Shown here: one piece after another, positions 17,639 through 26,564 of the stretch | Layout of the letters: every line of letters starts with the position of its first letter | Position numbering within the stretch: the stretch's first letter is position 1 | Made by a program: the position numbers and the translations under genes | Assembly (NCBI RefSeq): GCF_000018105.1 | Contig: NC_009925.1 | Span: forward strand, 3,930,001 to 3,962,000 | Direction: 5' to 3' | DNA length: 32,000 nt | Origin: Acaryochloris marina MBIC11017 | GTDB taxonomy: Bacteria; Cyanobacteriota; Cyanobacteriia; Thermosynechococcales; Thermosynechococcaceae | The notes under the pieces: model-generated | The model's input: the letters and a program-made list of their open reading frames with translations, nothing else | What the model was told of the DNA's origin: nothing | Databases searched by the model: none

Positions 17639-18301
17639 ATGGGGGATTCTATCCAGGCCTCGTTGTTAGACTGTAAAGCCATGCTAGTTGACCTTCACTC
17701 CGACTCCCTCATTGAACAATATGCGAACGGTATCCGAGACTTTAGCTCCACAATTTTGACCGGGGATAGTCTGTGTGAACTGTTGCTAAATGGTATTAAT
17801 TTTGAACAGGCAAACCTAGCTCGGGTCAATATGAGCCTGACCCAATTCCGCGGGAGTAACCTCAGAGGCGCGAATTTATCCCAGGGACTACTGTGGCGTA
17901 CAGACTTTATGGATGCCTGTTTAGAAGTGGCTAACTTAAGTCAATCCAAGCTAATTCGAGCAACTTTAACACGAGCTAACTTAAGGCAAGCTCTACTGGC
18001 AAAAGCAGATCTCAGGGTTGCGAATCTACGAGCAGCCAATTGTCCAGGGGCAAATCTGGCAGGAGCGGATCTTCGCTATGCTGACCTGACTGGCATTAAC
18101 CTCAGTGGTGCAAACCTCAGTGGTGCTGACTTAACTGGTGCTGATTTAACCGGTGCTGATCTAAGTGGGGCCATTTTAACCGGCACTATTCTTAGGCAAG
18201 TAGATTTAAGTCAGGTGATCCTACAGGATGTAGACTGGAACCATCGCCACATGGACGTTCTAGAAAACAATCCAGTGTTGACTGCGACTGAAAAGAAGTA
18301 A
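17639..18301 (+). CDS. Pentapeptide-repeat protein
   Basis: There is a long run of A(D/N)L(x)x pentapeptides (ANLSGADLTGADLTGADLSGAILTG...). Confidence 0.9.
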   Translation: MGDSIQASLLDCKAMLVDLHSDSLIEQYANGIRDFSSTILTGDSLCELLLNGINFEQANLARVNMSLTQFRGSNLRGANLSQGLLWRTDFMDACLEVANLSQSKLIRATLTRANLRQALLAKADLRVANLRAANCPGANLAGADLRYADLTGINLSGANLSGADLTGADLTGADLSGAILTGTILRQVDLSQVILQDVDWNHRHMDVLENNPVLTATEKK

Positions 18302-18352
18302 TTGAGCAGCGACTATAATTTGAGGACGTAGCGATGTGCGATCGCGTCCTCT

Positions 18353-18853
18353 ATGCTTACCCTTCGAGATTATGCCAATTCAGATATTGAGGCGTTGGTA
18401 GCACTAGCTAACAACAAATTGGTTTCGCGTTTTTTGGTTTACACCTTTCCTTATCCCTATACCCGAGCTGATGCAGAATGGTGGATTGCTGAAGGGGTGA
18501 CGGCTGAAGGAGATATAACTAAGGTCATCGAATATAACGGCCAATTTGTGGGTAGTGTCGGCATTACTCGTAAAACAGGTTGGCGTGACCACCTCGCTGA
18601 AATTGGCTATTGGTTAGGAGAACCCTATTGGGGAAAAGGCATTGCGACCCAAGCAGTTCACCAAATGACTAAGTATGCTTTTTCCGACCTAAGATTGCAG
18701 AAGCTTTATGCGCCTATTTTGGCTCCGAATCAAGCTTCGATGAGAGTAGTGGAAAAATGTGGCTATGAGTTGGAAGGGGTACTCAAACGGGAAGTGTTTA
18801 AAGATGGGCAGTATTATGACATTCATCACTTCGCCAACGTATTGAAGATTTAA
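18353..18853 (+). CDS. GNAT family N-acetyltransferase (RimJ/RimL-like)
   Basis: It shows EIGYWLGEPYWGKGIATQAV (acetyl-CoA motif A, Q/RxxGxG/A) and the NQASMRVVEKCGYELEG motif. 166 aa. Confidence 0.9.
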   Translation: MLTLRDYANSDIEALVALANNKLVSRFLVYTFPYPYTRADAEWWIAEGVTAEGDITKVIEYNGQFVGSVGITRKTGWRDHLAEIGYWLGEPYWGKGIATQAVHQMTKYAFSDLRLQKLYAPILAPNQASMRVVEKCGYELEGVLKREVFKDGQYYDIHHFANVLKI

Positions 18854-19163
18854 GGGGTAAACCACTTTTTTTGCAAAACTAGGTCTACTTCATCTGATGG
18901 CTTTCAATAGTCCCATTAATGTAAATCTCATCTGTTGGTGTAATCGATGGTTCTTTCTAAGCTGTGAATAGAATGACTCGAGAGTCTACATTTTAGGAGT
19001 TTGAGATGCCAGTAATTGGATTGTCTCGGAGCTATATTTGGTCTTGTATTGTGGTGCGATCGCAAAAAGATTGATGCTTTCTGGTAATAAATTTATATGG
19101 GGTTGTGAGTTTGCTCATTCTTAAAAGATTTTCTGATTTGAAAACTGAATTGATAATGATTAA

Positions 19164-19184
19164 TTTTTTGGAAATTCCAAAAAA
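19164..19184. repeat. Perfect 21-bp palindrome in an AT-rich promoter region
   Basis: TTTTTTGGAA-A-TTCCAAAAAA was read directly. It lies 163 nt upstream of the COP23 ATG. Confidence 0.9.
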
Positions 19185-19346
19185 TGAAAATAATTGATTT
19201 TATTGTCTAGGCTTTATAAACTCAATAAAGTTGGTAGTGAGTCTTTGTTGAGGAAATGTAATCTCTAAAGAAGAGATGGCTATATCCAAGTTTATTGAGT
19301 TTATTAGGTATATAGCGTTTGATGTAATTTAAGCTTGGACTTGACT

Positions 19347-19958
19347 ATGAAGCGTTACCCAATCATATCTTTGCTGACAGTGCCCGTCGTCGTGGGTGCA
19401 GCCTTGGGGGTGAGTCACTCCCCAGCACAAGCGAGTGAACCTCGATTTAGCTGTGGCCAAAGCCAAAATACGCCCACAACGCTGGCTAAAACGAAACAAG
19501 GCTTTGTTGCTGTGATTCGGTGGACTTCAGAACATTTTGCCGATTCAGGTTGGACCCCAGAAGCCCGTTGTCAAAAAGTATCGGGCTTGTTTGAACAATA
19601 CTACCGTGATGGGTCACTAAATTACTTAACAACTAAGTGGGATAGCAAAACGCGACAAAATATTGTCTGCGTTGCGCCTGCACCCAAGAAGGGGTGTACG
19701 GGGGTGCTATTTACCTTAAAACCCGGTAGTAACCCTGGTAGAACACTGCAAAGGTTAATGGATTTGCGGGTACGAGCATCCAATGACCCCCTCAATGAGA
19801 CCAATCGGCGTGTCTATATCAAGATGGATGAATTTTTGAATTCCAGACCGACCATTGATGCGACTCCGACAGCCTCTTCTAACAACAGGAAACCCTCTCA
19901 ACCCCAACCCGTTGAAAACTTAGCGCCCTCTCAACCTAAACCAGATGATATTTGGTAG
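19347..19958 (+). CDS. COP23 (circadian oscillating polypeptide)-family secreted protein
   Basis: After a signal peptide come FSCGQSQNTPTTLAKT, VIRWTSEHFADSGWTPEARCQKVSGLF, IVCVA...GCTGVLFTLKPG. This is the conserved Cys/Trp layout I associate with the cyanobacterial COP23 family. The tail is Pro/Ser-rich. Confidence 0.7.
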   Translation: MKRYPIISLLTVPVVVGAALGVSHSPAQASEPRFSCGQSQNTPTTLAKTKQGFVAVIRWTSEHFADSGWTPEARCQKVSGLFEQYYRDGSLNYLTTKWDSKTRQNIVCVAPAPKKGCTGVLFTLKPGSNPGRTLQRLMDLRVRASNDPLNETNRRVYIKMDEFLNSRPTIDATPTASSNNRKPSQPQPVENLAPSQPKPDDIW

Positions 19959-20033
19959 CTCCGGGTTTTCTGGTAAAGGTTTTGAACATTGGAGTTTGAT
20001 TGGAGAGTCCCGCTGGATAGGAGGAGTGGATAG

Positions 20034-21527
20034 ATGAAATTTGGCTATGGAATCCCATCGGTTTTGGTGGGGGCAGCAACAGTCATTGTGGTGCAATCGC
20101 AGGCTGTTTTAGCGCTGTCTGCTTCCCAGGTTGCCAGTATTGCTGAGCAAATTAGCGTCAAGATTGATGGACAAGCTCCAGGTTCAGGCGTGATGATTGC
20201 CAAGCGAGATAAGACTTACTTTGTGCTGACGGCAGCTCATGTTGTCGAAACGGATGATGAGTACGAAGTGATTACGCCGGATAATCAGCGCCATTCATTG
20301 AGCTATGCACAGGTCAAAAAACTGCCCGGCGTTGACCTTGCTGTCGTGCAGTTCAATAGTAATAAGCCCTATCAAATTGCCAATTTGGGTGATTCCAGCC
20401 AATCCCAGCGGGGCATGACCACCTATGTCGCCGGGTGGCCGTTGACGGGAACAGCGATCACGCAACCCACGCTGTTATTTCAGCAGGGGATTATTTCTGC
20501 CAATTCCCAGGTGCAGCAAGATGACGGTTATGGATTAATTTATACCAACAACACCTTGCCAGGAATGTCTGGAGGGCCAGTCTTGAGTGAAGAGGGAACG
20601 TTGGTAGGCATTCATGGCCGTGGCGAAACGGATCGCCAAGCTAGCACTCGCAATCCAGATGTGGTGGTTAAGGTTGGCTATAACCTGGGCATTCCAATTA
20701 GTACGTTTCTGTCCTTAGCACCTCAATCGGGACTTAATCTGGATTTGCAGATTGCAACCTCTCAAGCAACAGCTCCGAGTACGGAGGCAAAACCTTCAAA
20801 GGTGGATGATTTGATTGCCCAAAGCGGGAATCAACTCTATCAGGGCAATAATGAAGCCGCTCTGGGCGCTCTCAACCAAGCGATTGAAACGGATCCTAGG
20901 GCAGCGGATGCCTATCGATTAAGGGCGGATGCTCGCATGGCTTCGATTGGTTGGAGCTTTATGGAGGGCCGATCTAGGAAGAATCGCGATCTAGTCTTGG
21001 CGGCACAACAGGATATCAATGAGGCGATTCGCTTAAACCCGAACTTAAGCGATGCGTATACCATCAGAGCCTATCTCAAGTTTGTCTTGCAAGATGGCGC
21101 AGGGGCAACAGCCGATATTAACCAAGCCCTGAGGTTAGATCCTCAGAATGCGATGCCTTATATCCTGCGTGCCAATCTACTAGCCGATCAGCGGCAGTGG
21201 CAGATGGCCATCGCGGATGCCAATCAAGCCTTAAAGCTGGATGCCAATTCCCCCTATGCAGCCTTTGCCTATAGCGCCCGAGGTCTGGCACGGGCCAGTA
21301 TCCGAGATATTTCAGGTGGACTGCAAGATTTGACCAAGGCGATCAATCTATCTCCTGGAAATGCCTTGTTTTATATGAGTCGTGGCACGGTTCTGGCTCT
21401 GAGTGGTAAGAGAAATGAAGGACGGGTGGATCTGGAAAAAAGTGCCAGTTTGGCCCAACAGAAAGGCCGGACTGAGGTCTACAAAGAGGTCACTAAACGC
21501 TTGAATTTACTGAAACGTTTGCCCTAG
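20034..21527 (+). CDS. Secreted trypsin-like (S1) serine protease with C-terminal TPR repeats
   Basis: It has a signal peptide and a complete triad context: LTAAHVV (His), VDLAVVQF (Asp), PGMSGGPV (Ser). About 230 aa of TPR-like repeats follow (AYRLRADA..., AYTIRAYL..., PYILRANL..., AFAYSARG..., LFYMSRGT...). AGGAGG Shine-Dalgarno. Confidence 0.85.
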   Translation: MKFGYGIPSVLVGAATVIVVQSQAVLALSASQVASIAEQISVKIDGQAPGSGVMIAKRDKTYFVLTAAHVVETDDEYEVITPDNQRHSLSYAQVKKLPGVDLAVVQFNSNKPYQIANLGDSSQSQRGMTTYVAGWPLTGTAITQPTLLFQQGIISANSQVQQDDGYGLIYTNNTLPGMSGGPVLSEEGTLVGIHGRGETDRQASTRNPDVVVKVGYNLGIPISTFLSLAPQSGLNLDLQIATSQATAPSTEAKPSKVDDLIAQSGNQLYQGNNEAALGALNQAIETDPRAADAYRLRADARMASIGWSFMEGRSRKNRDLVLAAQQDINEAIRLNPNLSDAYTIRAYLKFVLQDGAGATADINQALRLDPQNAMPYILRANLLADQRQWQMAIADANQALKLDANSPYAAFAYSARGLARASIRDISGGLQDLTKAINLSPGNALFYMSRGTVLALSGKRNEGRVDLEKSASLAQQKGRTEVYKEVTKRLNLLKRLP

Positions 21528-21724
21528 GGGTTGGCGTATTTTGATCGCTGATTTTGGCATGGCCTAATCCTTATATTCCATGATCAAATTCGATTCTGGA
21601 ATAGAGTGATTAAACCTGAGTTCGGGATAAGCTGAAACCCTTATTTTTTATATGAGTTGACGGCTTTATATGTCTGTATAAGGATTTCAAAAAATGTACT
21701 TAACCTGAACTCAGGTGATCTACC

Positions 21725-23674
21725 TTAAATGTTGGTACTTTGGGGAATCTTGGATGGGAGCAAGATGTCGTAATAAGTGGGTCGGGTTTCGTTCCGGTCT
21801 TGAATGATCAACTCAATTTCTTCTAATCTTTGTTGGAAGTCTCGGAGGGCCTGTTTAACTTGGAGGTCCTTGAAGTAGGTATGGTCGTTAATATCATCTA
21901 AATCCACATCATTGGCTTTGTAATATCCGAGCTGAGTATAGTAGACCGAACCCAAGGTATACCCTAGATCCAACTGTTGTTCGGCCAAACTCAGGGGTGG
22001 TAGTAAAGAGAAATAATCTGCTTCACTGGCTTTCTCTGCCGTCGGACCTTCATTGAACCCTGCTAGGGGCATATTGGGGACGAACGTCATCAATGATGCT
22101 TGAGGGAAGTTGACAGATGCATGTTGGGCACTGCAGGTAAAAATAATGAGCGTTGTCGCATTAATGAGGTAATCCAAGGTGCGAATTTTAGGCTCGGGTT
22201 CTTCTGGAGTTGATTCACCGATTTCAGTCATCTGGCCTCCATCTTCAGCTCGTAGCTCGGCTAACCAATCCTGGAGGATGTCATCCTTGAGGACTGCATC
22301 ATCATCTTTGTAGTAGATCTGAAGATAGGCCTCAACCCAATCGTGAATGGCGTGCCAAATCAGTAATGCATCATCTCGATACGGGTAGTCCGGTAGCTTT
22401 TGTAGGTCGTCCACGCCTCGCGATGCAAAGGTTTGGGGGAGCATGGAGTCATTGAAAGAAAAGGGGTAACCCTTAGCGCCTTTGACGCTGAGCTGAACAG
22501 ATGACTTTAAGGTGCCAAATAAGATTTTGTCTACGGTGCCACCTGGAGCAATTAAGCTATTGGCTGCCGCATTGTTGATAAATAAGGTGCCTTCGAAGTG
22601 GGGGAGGAGCAATTTACCCAGTGGATGCTCTGTTCCTAGGCGTCGGTAAGTGCCTAAAGCAATGGGCTCAATCCAGAGATGAGTCCGCCCTAAATGAGAA
22701 ATCAATTCATGGTAGTTACCATCGGCGATTTGAACGACGGTCTTGGCCATGCGCCAAGCGAGCCGCTCCTCTTTATCGGCTTCTAGACTGGGTGGTGTAA
22801 ATATCGGGCTGCCTGCTTCTTGGTGGCATTGAATGGCAATCGGTTGGAGGAGGCGACCGGGACAATTTCCGGATGCGATCGCAAATAAGGCCAACGGCGC
22901 ATATCTATACTTTGGAATTTCGCGATCCTTTACCTCAACAGTACCCGCATCAATTTCTTCTAGAATTTGATAGTCTGCCAGATAGACTCGGCCATCATTC
23001 AAAGCTGCTTGGAGGGACTCACTATCTCCCATCACAGCTTTAAACTGTTGGTCAGTGACTTGGAAATGGTCTGGGAGTTCAGAAATGCGGTTAATCACGA
23101 GGGGGTTGGCTCCGGCAACCCGTTGAGCGGCAAAGGCACGATCTTCTAGGAAATGGTTGCTAATGTCCGGTAAGTAAATGATCTGAAAGAGATCGCGATA
23201 GTCAGCTAAAGAAGTTTGCTCTCTTGCCTCTCTCGACTCAGCCGTTTCTTGGATATCCTTGGCTATGGCGGAAATGCGGGCGGAGACTTTTTCAGGATGT
23301 TGCTCGTCCTTTACATCATGCTTGATATTTTGAGACTGGGCTCTGTTGCCAAAAATATTGGAGAGACCCCGTACGAGATTATTGATAGCATTGAAAACCC
23401 GCTCCAGACCTGACTGATAGAGGGGATTTTCTAGAATTCGATACAAGCGGATAAACGTAATCAGACGACAGGCTGATCCTCGGCGGACGGATATATCCTG
23501 CATGGCCTGATTGGCAATAATTCTGAGTACAACGGAAACGAGGTCTCGAGTCCAGGGCCATTTTGTCAAAGATTGGTCTGCTGGAAACACCTCCTTGGCC
23601 ATTGGATATTTCAATTCAGGGGAAACGTCTTTCAGGGCATCGTATCGATATTCATATTGTGGCGTCATATTCAC
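21725..23674 (-). CDS. Lipoxygenase (non-heme iron, no PLAT domain, helical N-terminal extension)
   Basis: YHELISHLGRTHLWIEPIALGTYRRLGTEHPLGKLLLPHFEGTLFINNAAANSLI aligns without gaps to the soybean LOX-1 His499/His504 helix. SAQHASVNFPQ supplies the His/Asn ligands. The C-terminus ...IPQSTNI supplies the terminal Ile ligand. 649 aa. Confidence 0.9.
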   Translation of the reverse strand: MNMTPQYEYRYDALKDVSPELKYPMAKEVFPADQSLTKWPWTRDLVSVVLRIIANQAMQDISVRRGSACRLITFIRLYRILENPLYQSGLERVFNAINNLVRGLSNIFGNRAQSQNIKHDVKDEQHPEKVSARISAIAKDIQETAESREAREQTSLADYRDLFQIIYLPDISNHFLEDRAFAAQRVAGANPLVINRISELPDHFQVTDQQFKAVMGDSESLQAALNDGRVYLADYQILEEIDAGTVEVKDREIPKYRYAPLALFAIASGNCPGRLLQPIAIQCHQEAGSPIFTPPSLEADKEERLAWRMAKTVVQIADGNYHELISHLGRTHLWIEPIALGTYRRLGTEHPLGKLLLPHFEGTLFINNAAANSLIAPGGTVDKILFGTLKSSVQLSVKGAKGYPFSFNDSMLPQTFASRGVDDLQKLPDYPYRDDALLIWHAIHDWVEAYLQIYYKDDDAVLKDDILQDWLAELRAEDGGQMTEIGESTPEEPEPKIRTLDYLINATTLIIFTCSAQHASVNFPQASLMTFVPNMPLAGFNEGPTAEKASEADYFSLLPPLSLAEQQLDLGYTLGSVYYTQLGYYKANDVDLDDINDHTYFKDLQVKQALRDFQQRLEEIELIIQDRNETRPTYYDILLPSKIPQSTNI

Positions 23675-23760
23675 TCCTATTTGAGACGTTATTCTAATAG
23701 AACTTTAAAAATGTTTGGGGCTACTAGAATCATCAGATATGGCGCAGGACCTTATGCGAA

Positions 23761-23817
23761 TTGCAAAGACTTATGTTCAATTAGTTACTAGTCTTTGCAA
23801 ACCCTGAAAGTCTTTCA
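23761..23817. repeat. Inverted repeats in the lipoxygenase leader/promoter (11-bp arms with an 18-nt spacer, then a 13-nt palindrome)
   Basis: TTGCAAAGACT (23761-23771) pairs with AGTCTTTGCAA (23790-23800). TGAAAG-T-CTTTCA lies at 23805-23817. All share the core AGTCTTT/AAAGACT. Confidence 0.85.
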
Positions 23818-24116
23818 AAATAAGGTTTAGCTCTAGATTGCTTGTGTTTTGAGCTAGGTAAATCTTGATATTCATTTACATCTTCTATTGCCTGGAATAG
23901 ATGCTTGAAAATTAAAAATATTTTTCTTCGAATGACTCAAATATTATGGTTGGCAGAAGAAAAAAGAAGTTGGGTCTTATGCAGATGCTGTGATGTTGTC
24001 TGGATTGTGTTCTAGTCTCTTCTAGGAATGGGAGAGAACCATCATCATGGTCGTTATATGCCGTTACAATTGGGAGCGGTAGCTTGCAATAAATCTGACG
24101 TACGGTAGATATCATC

Positions 24117-25508
24117 ATGGTTCAACTGACCCCCAACTCTAGCTTTAGCCTCACGATTCGGGTTAAGTTGCCCAACCAAACGGGAATGCTGGCTCAAGTC
24201 TTGCAGGCAATTGGTGATGCGGGTGGCAGTCTAGGACATATCGATCTTTTAGAACGGACCCATACCTCACTGACTCGCGAGATTACGGTCAATGCTTCCA
24301 GTACAGAGCATGCAGGTACCATTGTTGATGCTTTAAGAGCATTGCCACAGATTACGTTACTGGATATATCCGATCGCACCTTTGATTGTCACCGAGGCGG
24401 AAAAATTACGGTTCAAAGTAAGCTGCCCCTTCATAGCCAAGATGATTTGTCCATGGCCTATACCCCTGGTGTGGGACGGATTTGTACCGCCATTGCCCAA
24501 GAAAAAGATCAGGTGTATCGCTACACCATTAAAAGTAATACCGTAGCGGTGGTGACCGATGGTAGTGCGGTGTTGGGTCTCGGAAATATTGGTCCAGAAG
24601 CAGCTTTACCTGTCATGGAAGGTAAGGCCCTACTTTTTCAAGAATTTGGCAAGATTAATGCCTTTCCTGTCTGTCTAGCCACTCAAGATGTGGATGAGAT
24701 TGTGGAAACGGTAAAGCGGATGGCTCCCGTTTTTGGTGGCGTCAACCTGGAGGACATTAGTGCGCCTCGTTGCTTTGAAGTGGAAGAACGGTTGCGTCGA
24801 GAACTGGATATTCCCGTCTTCCATGATGATCAGCATGGAACGGCAATTGTGGTGTTAGCGGCGTTAATCAATGCTCTGAAACTGGTGGATAAAGCCTTTG
24901 AAGAGATTGCCATTGTAATTAATGGGGCTGGGGCTGCGGGGGTTGCCATTGCCCGGTTATTACAAAAGGCAGGTGTGAAAACGATTCGATTGTGCGATCG
25001 CAACGGACTGATCAGCCGAGATCGCACGGATTTAAACGAAACGAAGCGGTCCTTTGCCGTGGAACAGTCAGGTACCTTAGCCGATGCCCTCAAAGACGCA
25101 GATGTATTTCTGGGTGTCAGCGCCCCTGGCGTGTTAACCCCTGAGATGGTCAAGACGATGGCATCGGATCGGATTGTGTTTGCCATGGCCAACCCGATTC
25201 CTGAAATTCAACCTGAGCTGATTCAAAGTGATGTGGCTGTGATTGCGACAGGACGGAGTGATTACCCCAACCAAATTAATAACGTCTTGGCGTTTCCTGG
25301 AATTTTTCGCGGTGCCCTGAACTGCCGTGCTGCCGCGATTACAACGACAATGCACCTACAAGCTGCTTATGCGATCGCAGCACTGGTAGGAAGCGACGAA
25401 CTCCACCACGATCACATTATTCCGTCTGTGTTTGATGAGCGCGTCGCCACAGCAGTTGCTTCGGCAGTGGAACAAGCCGCTCGTCAAGAAGGAATTAGCC
25501 ATTGTTAA
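24117..25508 (+). CDS. NAD(P)-dependent malic enzyme with an N-terminal ACT-like domain
   Basis: An ACT-like first ~85 aa is followed by LSMAYTPGV, VVTDGSAVLGLGNIG, FGGVNLEDI, HDDQHGTA and a GAGAAG Rossmann motif. At 463 aa it matches the cyanobacterial malic enzyme. Confidence 0.9.
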   Translation: MVQLTPNSSFSLTIRVKLPNQTGMLAQVLQAIGDAGGSLGHIDLLERTHTSLTREITVNASSTEHAGTIVDALRALPQITLLDISDRTFDCHRGGKITVQSKLPLHSQDDLSMAYTPGVGRICTAIAQEKDQVYRYTIKSNTVAVVTDGSAVLGLGNIGPEAALPVMEGKALLFQEFGKINAFPVCLATQDVDEIVETVKRMAPVFGGVNLEDISAPRCFEVEERLRRELDIPVFHDDQHGTAIVVLAALINALKLVDKAFEEIAIVINGAGAAGVAIARLLQKAGVKTIRLCDRNGLISRDRTDLNETKRSFAVEQSGTLADALKDADVFLGVSAPGVLTPEMVKTMASDRIVFAMANPIPEIQPELIQSDVAVIATGRSDYPNQINNVLAFPGIFRGALNCRAAAITTTMHLQAAYAIAALVGSDELHHDHIIPSVFDERVATAVASAVEQAARQEGISHC

Positions 25509-25557
25509 CGTTTTAAGCAGCGCTGAATATCTAGGAAGGGTATGATTCCACAACCGA

Positions 25558-26202
25558 CTAAAGAGTCTGTATCTTTTTCAGTGCTTGTATTGAGCATCTC
25601 CAGGAATAGCCAAACCAGCCGATAATACCCAGTAGTTTGAAGCCGTCTTCGAACAGGATTCGCCATTGCCCAATCATTGCCTCAATCAGTTCTGGAAACG
25701 CATCCACTATGAGTGACAGTGCAAAAAAAATAAGGGCAACCCCAAAAATAAAATAGTCCGTTTGTAAGATGGTTTTCCAATATTTTACGATTCCACCGAT
25801 TGCAAGCAAGCCGTAAATCAGGAGAATAACATTCTCGCTTACTCTGAACAGTCTTGGATAGATTGATTCATGGAGCATAAATAAATCATCTAGCCCGAGC
25901 AGTAAGCTAAAAATACCTAAGCCTAGTAAAAACAGGGAAAATGTCCTAGTGCTGCGAATGGGTTGCAATGTAGCCCAGCTAAATATACATATTGCACCAG
26001 ATGCAGTGAGGACAAGAACTCCAAGATGCGATGCGATGCCGGCAAGGGGGTTAATGTTACCAATGACTGCTGGATCACGAGTAAAGGTCGTGATGGGGAT
26101 ATCAAGTTTTAGACTGGCGAATGCGATCGCAAATAAGAACAGTATGGGTAAAGAATAAAGGGATAGTAAAAATGAAGACAACTTGTGGTTTGAAGAAAAC
26201 AT
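25558..26202 (-). CDS. Hypothetical polytopic membrane protein
   Basis: The 214-aa ORF has about 6 hydrophobic segments and no family motif I recognise. It is noticeably more AT-rich than its neighbours. Confidence 0.55.
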   Translation of the reverse strand: MFSSNHKLSSFLLSLYSLPILFLFAIAFASLKLDIPITTFTRDPAVIGNINPLAGIASHLGVLVLTASGAICIFSWATLQPIRSTRTFSLFLLGLGIFSLLLGLDDLFMLHESIYPRLFRVSENVILLIYGLLAIGGIVKYWKTILQTDYFIFGVALIFFALSLIVDAFPELIEAMIGQWRILFEDGFKLLGIIGWFGYSWRCSIQALKKIQTL

Positions 26203-26564
26203 TTTGAAAAAAGTAAAAAATGAATTGATATCAATAATTTGAATATTTATTGTTAGTCATCTTGCTTTATCATGCAGTTACGGAATGCCAAAGAGCAAGC
26301 TTTCTGAAAAGAATATTTAAAGATGCGGCTCTAAATTTAGATGGTTTATCTTGGCTTTACCCACTCTCAAGACCAGACTGCTATGGAGTTTTAACAATCT
26401 GATCCCTGGTAGCTCTGCAGCCAAGGATGCGTCACAGGGCATTTACGATAACGACCAGATGCTGAACTCATAAGCCAATCAGAGTTCGGACTATGCCGAA
26501 ACTTTAGTTCTGGCAATCCAAACCGTTGATGTTATGGGTCAATAGGCATAGCCCAAACCAGGCG

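Noticed and set aside
18107-18166. A 15-nt periodic tandem repeat (GGTGCAAACCTCAGT / GGTGCTGACTTAACT / GGTGCTGATTTAACC / GGTGCTGATCTAAGT) could be taken for a short repeat array.
   Set aside because: It lies inside the pentapeptide-repeat ORF and encodes consecutive G-A-(N/D)-L-(S/T) units. It is coding periodicity, not a CRISPR or regulatory repeat.
18322-18351. A hairpin GAGGACG...(16 nt, containing a HIP1 site)...CGTCCTC ends 1 nt before the GNAT ATG. I considered it as a translational control element or terminator for the pentapeptide gene.
   Set aside because: It has only a 7-bp stem, a large loop and no U-tract. HIP1-centred palindromes are frequent in this genome, so there is insufficient evidence for a specific function.
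21614-21716. A long-range 10-bp inverted repeat (ACCTGAGTTC ... GAACTCAGGT) and short AT-rich hairpins lie in the convergent gap between the S1-TPR and lipoxygenase genes. I considered them as a bidirectional terminator.
   Set aside because: The stems are short or separated by an 83-nt loop, and the T-tracts are not directly adjacent to the stems. It is plausible but not strong enough to annotate.
23912-24118. A 68-aa minus-strand ORF abuts the malic enzyme start.
   Set aside because: It lies in AT-rich promoter DNA, has low-complexity sequence (FFFLL, IIFESF), no Shine-Dalgarno and no motif. It is judged spurious.
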